Assembly: GCA_963611795.1 (NCBI GenBank)
Contig: CAVDSZ010000007.1
Location: 21,014 to 85,013, forward strand
DNA: 64,000 nt
Reading direction: 5' to 3'
From: Akkermansia muciniphila
GTDB taxonomy: Bacteria > Bacillota > Clostridia > Oscillospirales > CAG-272
Part shown: one piece after another, positions 53,191 through 62,937 of the stretch
Layout: the number at the start of each line of letters is the position of its first letter
How positions within the stretch are numbered: position 1 is the first letter of the stretch
Notes under the pieces: generated by a model
What the model was told of the DNA's origin: nothing
The model's database searches: none
What the model saw: the letters and a program-made list of their open reading frames with translations, nothing else
Made by a program: the position numbers and the translations under genes

Positions 53191-55958
53191 AACGTGTGAC
53201 AACATTGCTTTGCGTTGCGTTGACGCTGGGGCTCCTTCTTCTCCTGACCGCCTGCGGTCATAAACTGACGGCGCCGGACGATCTCACAGTGGACGATGAC
53301 CTGAAACTGACATGGACGACGGTTGAATCCGCTCGGTTTTATACGATTGAGATTAAGAATGTCGACAGCGGAGAGACAGTCAATAGCAATTCACGCCTGA
53401 ATTCCAAGGAGTTGAACGATCTCGAAGTCGGTGATTATGAAATCCGTGTCATGGCGACCGGCGGCGCCGATAACGAGTTGACCTCCACCTGGTCGCGGAC
53501 GTTGGCTTTCCATCGGGATTATGAATCCGGATGTGTTTACGAACTTTATAACGGAAACAGCGAATACCGGATTCTTCGGGCGGGAAGCGCGCGTGGCGAT
53601 GTCTTGATTGAAGGGACTTACCGCGGAAAGCCCGTCACCGCCATCGCGGACAATGCATTTAAGGGCAACCCAAGTATTGTAAATGTGGTGATTGGTGAAA
53701 ACCTGCGTACAATCGGAGAGAACGCGTTCTATAACTGCCCCAAGTTGAATTCCGTTTCTCTGCCGGAGAGCCTGACGTCTCTCGGCAAATCCGCGTTTCA
53801 GGGGTGCCGCGCGCTGACGGAGGTCAATCTCCCGTCCGGGCTGACGTCCGTGCCGGAGTTGTGCTTTGCGTATTGCCGCGCGCTCACGTCCGTGACGATC
53901 GGCGACCATGTTAAAACGATTGGCAAGTCCGCTTTCTCGGGCGCCGCTTTGACATCGGTCGAGATTCCGGACAGCACGACGACGATTGAGGATAGCGCAT
54001 TTGCCGAGATGGACGCCCTAACGGAAGTCACAATCGGCAGTGGCGTGACGACCATCGGAAACTACGCTTTCAGCACGAATGAAAAACTCACATCAGTTAC
54101 TTTTGCCGAAGGTAGTGCGCTTGACAGCATCGGTTACTACTGTTTTCGGAATGACAAACTCTTGACGGAGATTGTCCTCCCTGAGGGGCTTACAGACATC
54201 GGCAGTCTGTGTTTTCTTGACTGTGTTGCCCTTGCGTCCGTCAGCATTCCGGACAGCGTGACGCATATCGGCAACGCCGCTTTCAATAACACGCAGGTCT
54301 ATACAACGTCACCGTCGGATTTCGTGTATGTGGGGCGGTGGCTGGTTGCCGTCAAAAATCGGGATACCTATCAGAAGATTGACACGACCCATATCGTGAA
54401 CGGTACGGTCGGCATCAGCGACTACTGCTTTTCGCAGGCAAAGACGCTGGAGAGCGTGACGTTGCCTGCCTCTCTGCAGACGGTCGGCAGATATGCGTTC
54501 CAGCGGTGTTCCGAACTTGCCGAATTTAAATCCGGCACTTCGCTCCGGTACATTCAGATCGGTGCCTTTTCCGGGTGTGAAAAACTGTATAAGTTGAATC
54601 TTACGGAAGGGCTCCTCGACATCGACGACTATGCCTTTTATGGTTGTACGATGCTGGACAACAACTCGCTGAGATCCATCGTGCCGAAGTCCGTACAGCG
54701 AATCGGTATCAATGCATTTAAAAATACGCGCCTCTGGGGCAAGCCGGATGAGAATAACATCATCTATGCCGGCACATGGGTCGTCGGCTATAAGGAAGAT
54801 GCTTCACTCGGCGCTGCGACGCTTTCGGAGAGCGTGACGGGGATTGCAGACTATGCATTCCTGGACTGCGAGACGCTCGTCAATCTCGTCAACCTGAACC
54901 AGTGCCGTTACATCGGCGAGGGGGCGTTCTACAACTGCTCCAAGTTGGAATCGGTCGTCCTACATAACCGTGTGACGAATCTGCCCGATTATGTGTTCTA
55001 CAAATGTGCGAGCCTGTACAATATCAATGTGCCGACCTATCTCGAGCAGATCGGGCGTGCCGCATTCTATAAGTGCGCTTCGCTCGGCGGGACGCTGGAC
55101 TTCAGCGAAACGCTCGCGTTCCGTTCCATCGGCGCCAATGCGTTCTATCAGTGCACGAACCTTCGCAATGTCAATTTCGGAGAGAACCTGATGGATTTGG
55201 GTACCTATGCATTCTATAACTGCACATCGCTGCAGGGGGTGCTGATTCCGGACACGGTGAGGGATATTCCGGACTATGCGTTCGCATTTTGTCCGGCGCT
55301 TGAGACCATGACGATTGGTTCCGGTGTGGAGCGCATCGGTGACTATGCCTTTTATAAGTGCCAGGGGCTGACGGAACTCCGCCTGCCGGACGCTTTGAAA
55401 GTCATCGGAAACAACGCTTTTTATAAATGTACAGGGATTCAGATACTGGAACTTGGGAAATCCCTCGAGACCATCGGAGATTATGCATTCCTCGGGCTTG
55501 ATCAGGTGACGGACATGACGTTGCCCGTGACCCTGACGAGCATCGGCAGACACGCATTTAAGGGGCTTGCATCGCTCCGGACGCTGATGATTCCGAAGAG
55601 CGTGCGGGATATCCGTATCAATGCATTTTACGGTTGCCGTAACGTGACCTTCTTTGTAGAAGAGGGGACGGACATGAGCGGCTGGAATATCCGGTGGAAT
55701 TCCTCCAACCGCCCGGCGGTAATCGGCGCGAGACTCTCCGATAACAGCGACTATGTTGCATCGGTTACCGTGGGAGCGGGGACGCTGAAGAACGTGAGAA
55801 GTCTTGTGGATACAATCACCCCCATCTCTTCTCCCGAGCGTGCCGGATATGTTTTCGGCGGCTGGGAGCGGCAGGACGGCAGTCTCATCGGCACCGAGGA
55901 TCTTTCCTCTGAGCCGGAGGGGAGCGAACTCACGGCAGTATGGAACCCGCGCACATAA
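53187..55958 (+). CDS. BspA-type LRR lipoprotein (923 aa) with an N-terminal Fn3-like module and a C-terminal InlB B-repeat
   Basis: The lipobox is LLLLTAC. An LTWTTVESARFYTIEIKN module follows. LRR_5-type units include VTAIADNAFKGNPSI..NVVIGENLRTIGENAF. The C-terminus carries AGYVFGGWERQDG. ATG 53187 overlaps the upstream stop (ATGA), with AAGGAGGA upstream. The track start at 53121 lies inside the previous gene. Confidence 0.8.
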   Translation: MKRVTTLLCVALTLGLLLLLTACGHKLTAPDDLTVDDDLKLTWTTVESARFYTIEIKNVDSGETVNSNSRLNSKELNDLEVGDYEIRVMATGGADNELTSTWSRTLAFHRDYESGCVYELYNGNSEYRILRAGSARGDVLIEGTYRGKPVTAIADNAFKGNPSIVNVVIGENLRTIGENAFYNCPKLNSVSLPESLTSLGKSAFQGCRALTEVNLPSGLTSVPELCFAYCRALTSVTIGDHVKTIGKSAFSGAALTSVEIPDSTTTIEDSAFAEMDALTEVTIGSGVTTIGNYAFSTNEKLTSVTFAEGSALDSIGYYCFRNDKLLTEIVLPEGLTDIGSLCFLDCVALASVSIPDSVTHIGNAAFNNTQVYTTSPSDFVYVGRWLVAVKNRDTYQKIDTTHIVNGTVGISDYCFSQAKTLESVTLPASLQTVGRYAFQRCSELAEFKSGTSLRYIQIGAFSGCEKLYKLNLTEGLLDIDDYAFYGCTMLDNNSLRSIVPKSVQRIGINAFKNTRLWGKPDENNIIYAGTWVVGYKEDASLGAATLSESVTGIADYAFLDCETLVNLVNLNQCRYIGEGAFYNCSKLESVVLHNRVTNLPDYVFYKCASLYNINVPTYLEQIGRAAFYKCASLGGTLDFSETLAFRSIGANAFYQCTNLRNVNFGENLMDLGTYAFYNCTSLQGVLIPDTVRDIPDYAFAFCPALETMTIGSGVERIGDYAFYKCQGLTELRLPDALKVIGNNAFYKCTGIQILELGKSLETIGDYAFLGLDQVTDMTLPVTLTSIGRHAFKGLASLRTLMIPKSVRDIRINAFYGCRNVTFFVEEGTDMSGWNIRWNSSNRPAVIGARLSDNSDYVASVTVGAGTLKNVRSLVDTITPISSPERAGYVFGGWERQDGSLIGTEDLSSEPEGSELTAVWNPRT

Positions 55959-56027
55959 ACGATGTCCCGCTCTGATTCGAGAGGATCGGTTAATTCAGTG
56001 ATTTAAATTTGGTTAGGAAATGAAAAA

Positions 56028-59000
56028 ATGATGAAAAAGACACATCTGCTCCTGCTGGTAAGCATCCTGATTCTGCTTTGCGGGCTCTTGACCGCCTGCG
56101 GCAAGACCGAACAGGTCAATCTTACCATGGTCAACGGCGACGGAAACGAGCAGACCGTCGTGCAGATTAAAAAAGGCGAGACCTATACGCTGACGGATCC
56201 GACCCGCGAGGGATATGCCTTCGCCGGTTGGTACATGAATGCAGATTTCTCCGGGGCGCCTGTCACCTCGGTCAAACCGGACGCGGGCATCACCGTTTAC
56301 GCGAAGTGGAATAAACTCTATGAACTGACACTTGATCCCGACGGCGGTACGCTGTCCACGACGAAAGTGTCGCTCGCCGCCGGGGATTTGATTTCCGAGA
56401 AGATCGCCGGTCTAATCCCCGAAAAGGCAGACTGCCGCTTCGGCACCTGGCTCCTGAACGGGGAGCCCCTTTCGGACGACGCCGTGATGGGGAACGAGAA
56501 TGCCACGCTGGTTGCAAAGTATCAGATTAAGTTCACGGCGGAGATTTTCGCGCAGAACGAGGCACTGGACGGTTATGACCGTGTGTCGGAGTTGTTTGTG
56601 GATTACGGGTACATCGGCGACGCCGTGACACCCACCTACACGCTCACCGGCTTTAAGACGGTCACCAAGTCCGACAGTGTGACGAGACTTGTCCTCTCCG
56701 GGGATACGTCGAAAAATGTTTTCCGGCTGTATTTTGACCGTCAGAGCTGTACCCTGACCTTTGCCTCCAACTACCCGGACGGCTCCGAGAACACAAGAAA
56801 GACGGAATCGCTGATTTATGGCATCAAGACGAAACTGCCGTTCGTGACGTTTGAGAAAGCCGGGTACTACCTGGAGGGCTGGTCGCTGACCCCGAACGGG
56901 GAGATGGTCTATTCTTCTCATGTAATGGACGGCAAACTCTACGGTGCGATGACCCCTGAGGTCGAGGAGTTGACGTCTACCGGTAACGTGACACTATACG
57001 CCGTGTGGAGCAAGGGTTATACCGACCTCTTCGGCGGTTCGGACATCATGTATGTCTCAAAGGGTGACGAAAAGACCGTTTACCTCTGCCGTGGTGACCG
57101 TTATTTCAAGGGTACGCTCATCAACGGCAGAACCATTGCGTTCCCCGGTGCGAATGTACCGGCGGACTTCCCGGATGCCGTACTGAATTTCGACGGTGAA
57201 ACCTTCCTCTATAAAAAGGGCAGCCGCGCGGAAATCACCGCTACGCTGTATGAGATGGGTGCCGGCAAGGGGCTTAATGAACTGGTCAAACTGATTTTCA
57301 ACGACGAGAACGGTGTGACCTACTCCGAGAAGGCGAGCGAGGACGCGACTTCGACCGTGGACTCGGAGGGGACTTATGTCTTTGATGATGAAGGCAATCT
57401 GGTGACGACTTTCACGTCCGGTCCTCTTGCGGGCAAGACGCTGATTATTGCTGTCGGTACCGTGACGGTCGACAATGTCCGAAAGACGGCTTTCCAGGTT
57501 AGAAACGAAGAGGAAATCGCTCTCGGCAAGATTTATCATTTCGTTGTGAAGAACAATGTGCTGGTGGTGGATGCCGATGATGCCGGCAATGCGGTCAAAG
57601 ACCTCATACTGGACGGTTTCGGTATTGCTACCTACAATACCGGTTCCGGCACCAATACGTTCTACTATACTTACGACGCCGAGAGCCGCACCATTACCCT
57701 GATTTCGCAGGGGCAGGTGGCAGGTGTGCTTCGCCTCATGGAGGTGGACGGCATGCTCGGTTACATGATTTACAATGCCTCGAACGATGTGACCTATACC
57801 CTCGCGGACGGTTCCACCCTGACGCTGGACGGTATCCAGACCGCGACTTATACGGTGGGGGGCGTTGCACACAGCGGCTACTTTACCGCGGCGAAATCCG
57901 CGTTTGGCGGTGTGATTCTTACCTTTACCGAGGACGGCGTGACCTATAAGTTTATGATTACGACCAAGTCGCAGGAGGTACTCGTGGATCCCGATAACCC
58001 CGGTAGCGGTACGACCTCGACGACCGTAACTGTTGTCGAAAAGTTGGTTGCCGGGTATGCGGAATATTACTATAAAGATGCCGACGGCACTTACTACGGA
58101 CCGCTCTTCGTGTTTGAGAGCGAAGACCCCACGAAAGTGACCGTTTACGGCTACAACAAAGAGAAGCAGTATCATAAGATTGCGATCGGTACGCTCTCGA
58201 CCGACGCGGCGACGGGACTGTACCTGCTCACGGTCAATGAGACCTTCGCCTTGCCGGAGGGCACCACGCCCGTTTTCACAGAGCCGGTGGATTTCTCCAA
58301 GGTCAAGACTTGTGTGCTGATGCTGGACTCCGAGCTGACTCAGTACAGCATTCACTTCTGGTTCAATTACAGTGACGGTGTGGAGACCTTTGACAAGACG
58401 CAGGCCTTTACCGACAGTAACGGTGGTAAGTTGACGCTGGTGGCGGGCTTCGCCATTTACCAGATCAACGGCAAGAGCGAGATGGGGGTCTGCAAGCAGA
58501 ACGGCGACGCGCTTACCGTGACTTTTGTGGATCGTACCCTGTACTTCACGCTGGATACCACCGCGATGACGTATACCGTGTCGACCACCACCGCTGCAAC
58601 GTATGCGGAGGTAGGGAAAGACGGTCAGATTTCCAAAACATATTACCTTATTATTGATCCTGTCAGCGGCGTGACCTATTGCGTCATTACGGTGGACGGC
58701 GAAACGCAGACTGTGAACAAGTATCCCGGTACCCTGACGAGAACCGGCGCTACCTCGCTGACCAACTTCACCATCTATCACTTCGACTCTACCGAAAAGG
58801 CAGAAGGGACGGATACGCCACTCTATTCGTTCGATTTCATCGAGCGTACCCTGTCAACCGGGAACTACTTCTTCCGCTATGACGAGGCATACGCCGGCAC
58901 GTTTACCAACCCGACGACGAACGGTGTTTTGAAACTGGACGGGTTCGGGCTTGCCGCCACTTACTCCGACAGTACGGGTCTCTCCCTCATGGGAATGTAC

Positions 59001-61094
59001 CAGAAGAGCGGGAATGACGTGATGATTTCCTATAATAGGGACAGCTACTACTTCCTGCTCTCCGGCGCCTCCTGCGCTTTGCGCGGGGATGAATACGGCA
59101 AAGTCTATCTTATGATGGACAATCAGGTATTCGACGGACTGTATGTAGAACTTGACGGTCTCGGTCATGCGACCATCTTCCGTATGGTTCAGAGCGGGGA
59201 GACGTATGAGAGAGAAACGGTTGATGAAAACGCTACTTATACGATTTCCGGCGACAGAGCCACCATTACGTATAAGAACGGCGCCGAGACGCATACGATT
59301 ACGGTTCGTTTAGGCACGGTGACAATCGGCAGCAATACGCGGTACGCCCTGCATACCATTCACGACGAAGTCGTTTATTCGTATGTGAATGAAGAGGATT
59401 GGTCGGTCCTGCGCCTGAACGGCGACGGCACCGCCACCAAGTATCTGACGGACGGCGCATTCGAGACGGGTACCTATTCGTTGGTGACCGAGACGCTGCT
59501 GTACTATGTCAATGCGAGCGGCACGGAGGCGTATATTTACACCTACGATACCGAGCGCGGTACGGCGACGCCCCGCCACTATGATGCGGTAGCGTACTAC
59601 ACGCCCGAACTTGATTCGCTCCTGTTCTCGCAATACGGGTTTGCGATTTTTAACAACAGCACGAGATACTACTACACGGTGGACGAGAATGGCAACGTCA
59701 CGCTGTATCACCTCGACGAGACCGCGACCAATAAGAACCGGTACGGTTATGTGGAAGAGAGTTTCGGGACGCTTACCGACACGAAGTCCTATAACGAAAA
59801 GACCTACTACAAGAATGACGGCTTTGCCATCAGTTTTGTCCGCGCAGATGCTACGAAGGACTATTACCCGGTACATGTTGATGAGACCAATATGCTACCG
59901 ACGCTGATGCTGACCTTTGCGCCGACCGGCGACGAGAACTTCTCGGTCAGCGGGACAGTGGTCATCGGCACCGACAGTTATAATTGCACGGTGGTCAGAG
60001 AGACGGTGGACGGCGTTTCCAGAATGTACTTTACCGTTGCCACCTTCCGTTTCGATATCACAATCAAGTATCAGGGTGACGGTGTCGGGAGCGATGTCAA
60101 GAGCACCTATGCGGTCACCGGGCTGACCAGTATCAATACGATGCCCTCGTACACGTATCTCTACTACCTGTACTACATCTACTCCATGATGGGGTCGCAG
60201 TACGCGAGCCAGTTTGAGAACACCTTCGGTACCGTATCGCTCTGCACGGTGTATAAGCAGGACGGCTCTGTCGAAGAGAGTTACATGGATGCGACCTTCG
60301 GCAAGAACGCCAATCTGATGGAGAGCGACGGGACGCTGATAGAAAAGCTCGAGCATGTCGCTCTTAACTACCTTGGCAGTGGCTTCTACCGCGTCGCGTT
60401 CGAGGGCGGTGACGGGTATCAGTACACGATGATTCTGGTGAGACGCTATATGTCGGTATTCAACACCTACGGCTACAGCGTTTACGCTCTCCTGCGTGAA
60501 GAAACGGTGGGGGCGAACGATGGATATGCCGTGACTGTCGACCGCGTTGTGGCGTCCGATGTCGGGCTGTCCACCGGTGCCTACTTCTCCTTCTCTCTGA
60601 CTAAGGACGGCGAGGAAATCACCGCCTCCAACGTCATTATGAGCAACGGGAAGTTGTACTACATCGTCAGAGATGAAAGCGGAAAAACGTATTACTATCA
60701 GTTGACGCTCATCGAGAAGAGTTCCGGTAGCTTAGATGACGGCACCGGTGAGGGTGGGACGACCAACCCCGACGAGACGACGGATGAAGAGAATAAGCCG
60801 TTGCCGACCCTTGAGAGTGCGACGGTCACGAAGATTGAGGCAACTACCGTTCGCACGGCGGATGGCAAGAACTACGTGGATATTCTCCCCGAGAATCAGA
60901 TTCTGCTCATGGTTCTGACGACCGAGCAGGACGGCGAGGAGACAGAGACGGCTGTACTGGTCGCGGAATGCAACTATGACGCCGAAACCGGTGTTTATAC
61001 ATTAAAGACCAGCGATGATAAGACCTACACCGTGTCCGTTACGGACGGTGTCGCGACAATCACCGAAACCACCGAGACGACGACTGAAGCCTGA
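56028..61094 (+). CDS. 1688-aa lipoprotein: N-terminal InlB B-repeats followed by about 1250 aa of unassigned repeated beta-rich modules
   Basis: The lipobox is GLLTAC. B-repeats include REGYAFAGWYMNADF...ITVYAKW and AGYYLEGWSLTPNG...VTLYAVW. The remainder carries the recurring motif L.LDG.G.A.Y. There is no LPXTG motif and no C-terminal TM. Confidence 0.7.
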   Translation: MMKKTHLLLLVSILILLCGLLTACGKTEQVNLTMVNGDGNEQTVVQIKKGETYTLTDPTREGYAFAGWYMNADFSGAPVTSVKPDAGITVYAKWNKLYELTLDPDGGTLSTTKVSLAAGDLISEKIAGLIPEKADCRFGTWLLNGEPLSDDAVMGNENATLVAKYQIKFTAEIFAQNEALDGYDRVSELFVDYGYIGDAVTPTYTLTGFKTVTKSDSVTRLVLSGDTSKNVFRLYFDRQSCTLTFASNYPDGSENTRKTESLIYGIKTKLPFVTFEKAGYYLEGWSLTPNGEMVYSSHVMDGKLYGAMTPEVEELTSTGNVTLYAVWSKGYTDLFGGSDIMYVSKGDEKTVYLCRGDRYFKGTLINGRTIAFPGANVPADFPDAVLNFDGETFLYKKGSRAEITATLYEMGAGKGLNELVKLIFNDENGVTYSEKASEDATSTVDSEGTYVFDDEGNLVTTFTSGPLAGKTLIIAVGTVTVDNVRKTAFQVRNEEEIALGKIYHFVVKNNVLVVDADDAGNAVKDLILDGFGIATYNTGSGTNTFYYTYDAESRTITLISQGQVAGVLRLMEVDGMLGYMIYNASNDVTYTLADGSTLTLDGIQTATYTVGGVAHSGYFTAAKSAFGGVILTFTEDGVTYKFMITTKSQEVLVDPDNPGSGTTSTTVTVVEKLVAGYAEYYYKDADGTYYGPLFVFESEDPTKVTVYGYNKEKQYHKIAIGTLSTDAATGLYLLTVNETFALPEGTTPVFTEPVDFSKVKTCVLMLDSELTQYSIHFWFNYSDGVETFDKTQAFTDSNGGKLTLVAGFAIYQINGKSEMGVCKQNGDALTVTFVDRTLYFTLDTTAMTYTVSTTTAATYAEVGKDGQISKTYYLIIDPVSGVTYCVITVDGETQTVNKYPGTLTRTGATSLTNFTIYHFDSTEKAEGTDTPLYSFDFIERTLSTGNYFFRYDEAYAGTFTNPTTNGVLKLDGFGLAATYSDSTGLSLMGMYQKSGNDVMISYNRDSYYFLLSGASCALRGDEYGKVYLMMDNQVFDGLYVELDGLGHATIFRMVQSGETYERETVDENATYTISGDRATITYKNGAETHTITVRLGTVTIGSNTRYALHTIHDEVVYSYVNEEDWSVLRLNGDGTATKYLTDGAFETGTYSLVTETLLYYVNASGTEAYIYTYDTERGTATPRHYDAVAYYTPELDSLLFSQYGFAIFNNSTRYYYTVDENGNVTLYHLDETATNKNRYGYVEESFGTLTDTKSYNEKTYYKNDGFAISFVRADATKDYYPVHVDETNMLPTLMLTFAPTGDENFSVSGTVVIGTDSYNCTVVRETVDGVSRMYFTVATFRFDITIKYQGDGVGSDVKSTYAVTGLTSINTMPSYTYLYYLYYIYSMMGSQYASQFENTFGTVSLCTVYKQDGSVEESYMDATFGKNANLMESDGTLIEKLEHVALNYLGSGFYRVAFEGGDGYQYTMILVRRYMSVFNTYGYSVYALLREETVGANDGYAVTVDRVVASDVGLSTGAYFSFSLTKDGEEITASNVIMSNGKLYYIVRDESGKTYYYQLTLIEKSSGSLDDGTGEGGTTNPDETTDEENKPLPTLESATVTKIEATTVRTADGKNYVDILPENQILLMVLTTEQDGEETETAVLVAECNYDAETGVYTLKTSDDKTYTVSVTDGVATITETTETTTEA

Positions 61095-61132
61095 ATCCGG
61101 ACTGAAGCCTGCATCTTAATTTATCAGACCCT

Positions 61133-61166
61133 ACAGGGCTACCAAACGGTAGCCCTGTTTTCTTTT
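61133..61166 (+). terminator. Terminator ending the MoxR/vWA/LRR/lipoprotein operon
   Basis: 11-bp stem acagggctacc / ggtagccctgt (61133-61158), followed by tttcttttg. Confidence 0.8.
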
Positions 61167-61169
61167 GCA

Positions 61170-61202
61170 AAAATGAAAACCACCCAGTAAGCGGGTGGTT
61201 TT
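61170..61202 (-). terminator. Terminator of the MATE gene
   Basis: Stem aaaaccaccc / gggtggtttt (61176-61202). On the minus strand it is followed by cattttt. Confidence 0.7.
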
Positions 61203-61219
61203 TATTCGATTGGATTGGT

Positions 61220-62554
61220 TTAGAAATATCCATATTTTTTACGGTTGAGGAAGAGCATGGTGAGCGAGACAATAAGCGCGAACGCCTCTGCCGCCGTGAT
61301 TGCCCACCAAATGCCGTCCACTCCGAAGAGCAGCGGCAGGAGCAGTACGGACGCGGACTGAAAGACGAGCGTACGCAGGAACGCAATGAGTGCCGAGACG
61401 CCGCCGTTGTTCAGCGCAGTGAAGAAGCCGGAGACATAGATATTGATGCCCGTCAAAAGGAACGAGAACGAGAAGATGCGGAACGCATGGACAGTCAGCG
61501 CGTACAGCGTCGCGTCGTAGCCGACAAACAGATGTGCGAGGGGGATTGCCAGTACTTCGGCAAGCCCGGCGAGACAGATTCCGGCGAGCCCCATGAGCAG
61601 GAGGCTCTTGCGGAGCAGATTCTTTAGTTCCGCCCGGTTTTCGGCACCGTAGTGATAACCGACAATCGGCGCTGCCCCGACCGAATAGCCCACTTCGAGG
61701 GCGACAAAGATGAACTGCACATACATCAGTACGCCATAAGCGGATACGCCGTCCTCGCCGATTCTCTCCATGAGGATCAAGTTATAGAGCATACTGACGA
61801 GCGAGGCGGAGATGTTGTCCATCAGCTCCGATGAACCGTTGGCACATACGGCGAAGAGCTGCCGGACTTCGCGTGCGGGGCGGCAGAGTCGTAACAGGCA
61901 GGAGGGACGTTCTTTGGCAAAGTAGAGGATGGGGATCAGCCCGCCGACACATTGCCCGATTCCGGTCGCGAGAGCCGCGCCGGCAAGCCCCCAGCGGAAG
62001 CCGGCGATAAAGAGGGCGTCAAGCGCTGCGTTGGTACAGCCGGCTGCCACGGTGACGATAAATCCGAGTTTCGGCTTTGCCGCCGCAGCGAAGAAGGACT
62101 GAAACATGCTTTGGAGCATGAACGGAATCGTGAAAGCAATGACAATCCTGCCGTAGAGAACGCAGTCCTCAATCATGGCGTCGCTCGCTCCGAGCAGATG
62201 CGCAATCGGGCGCGTGCAGGCTACACCGAAACCGGTCAGCAGGACACCGAAGAGGACGGTGAAGAGAATACAGAGGGAAAAGGTGCGGTTTGCCCTCTCG
62301 CGGTCGCCTTGCCCGAGGATTTTTGTCACGAGCGCGGTGCCGCCGGTGCCCACCATGAATCCCATACCGCCGAGAATCATAATGAACGGCATGATAAGGT
62401 TAATGGCAGCAAAGGGGGTTTTACCGATAAAATTGGAGACGAACAGCCCGTCTACCACCCCGTAGATGGAGGTAAAAATCATCATGGCGGAGGTTGGCAG
62501 GACGAACCGAATCAGTTTTCGATAGGTGAAATGATCGGATAATCGTATAGACAT
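61220..62554 (-). CDS. MATE-family efflux transporter
   Basis: 12-TM protein. The N-terminus YRKLIRFVLPTSAMMIFTSIYGVVDGLFVSNFIGK... and overall pattern are typical of MatE. Confidence 0.85.
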   Translation of the reverse strand: MSIRLSDHFTYRKLIRFVLPTSAMMIFTSIYGVVDGLFVSNFIGKTPFAAINLIMPFIMILGGMGFMVGTGGTALVTKILGQGDRERANRTFSLCILFTVLFGVLLTGFGVACTRPIAHLLGASDAMIEDCVLYGRIVIAFTIPFMLQSMFQSFFAAAAKPKLGFIVTVAAGCTNAALDALFIAGFRWGLAGAALATGIGQCVGGLIPILYFAKERPSCLLRLCRPAREVRQLFAVCANGSSELMDNISASLVSMLYNLILMERIGEDGVSAYGVLMYVQFIFVALEVGYSVGAAPIVGYHYGAENRAELKNLLRKSLLLMGLAGICLAGLAEVLAIPLAHLFVGYDATLYALTVHAFRIFSFSFLLTGINIYVSGFFTALNNGGVSALIAFLRTLVFQSASVLLLPLLFGVDGIWWAITAAEAFALIVSLTMLFLNRKKYGYF

Positions 62555-62650
62555 AAAATATAATTCGCTTAAAACACAAAACTCTTAAAAAAGGAGTGGA
62601 CATCAACTTCAAAGAATGACAGTTGCGTGTGGGGCAGATGTCCACCAGAA

Positions 62651-62690
62651 AAAAGCAACAAAAAAAGAACCCCGCGGCGCTGCCGCGGGG
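62651..62690 (-). terminator. Terminator of yceD-rpmF
   Basis: Stem ccccgcggc / gccgcgggg (62670-62690), followed by a long U-run on the minus strand (plus-strand A-run 62651-62667). Confidence 0.8.
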
Positions 62691-62699
62691 AGTTGGGCG

Positions 62700-62885
62700 T
62701 CAGTCAGCGGATTTCGCGACGATTTCTTCGCCCTTGTAGTAACCGCAGTTCGAGCAAACGCGATGCGTCAGATTGTATTCGCCGCACTTCGGGCATTTCA
62801 CCATTTCAGGTGCAGCCATTTTGCTGTTGGCGGAACGTCTCTTGTCTCTGCGCGCTTTGGAAACCTTCTTCTTCGGTACTGCCAT
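62700..62885 (-). CDS. rpmF: 50S ribosomal protein L32
   Basis: [18 protein letters not shown]... with the zinc-ribbon CPKCGE...CSNCG. Confidence 0.95.
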   Translation of the reverse strand: MAVPKKKVSKARRDKRRSANSKMAAPEMVKCPKCGEYNLTHRVCSNCGYYKGEEIVAKSAD

Positions 62886-62937
62886 GGTTAGATCCTCCTA
62901 TCGTCTTGGGGGAATGACCCCGCATCGTTTATAAAAA

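Noticed and set aside
61100-61220. Direct repeat of the tRNA-Tyr 3' end as a right-hand island att site
   Set aside because: No convincing match to GGTTCGAATCCAGCTTCCCCCACCA was found near the right boundary. The island hypothesis therefore rests on composition only.
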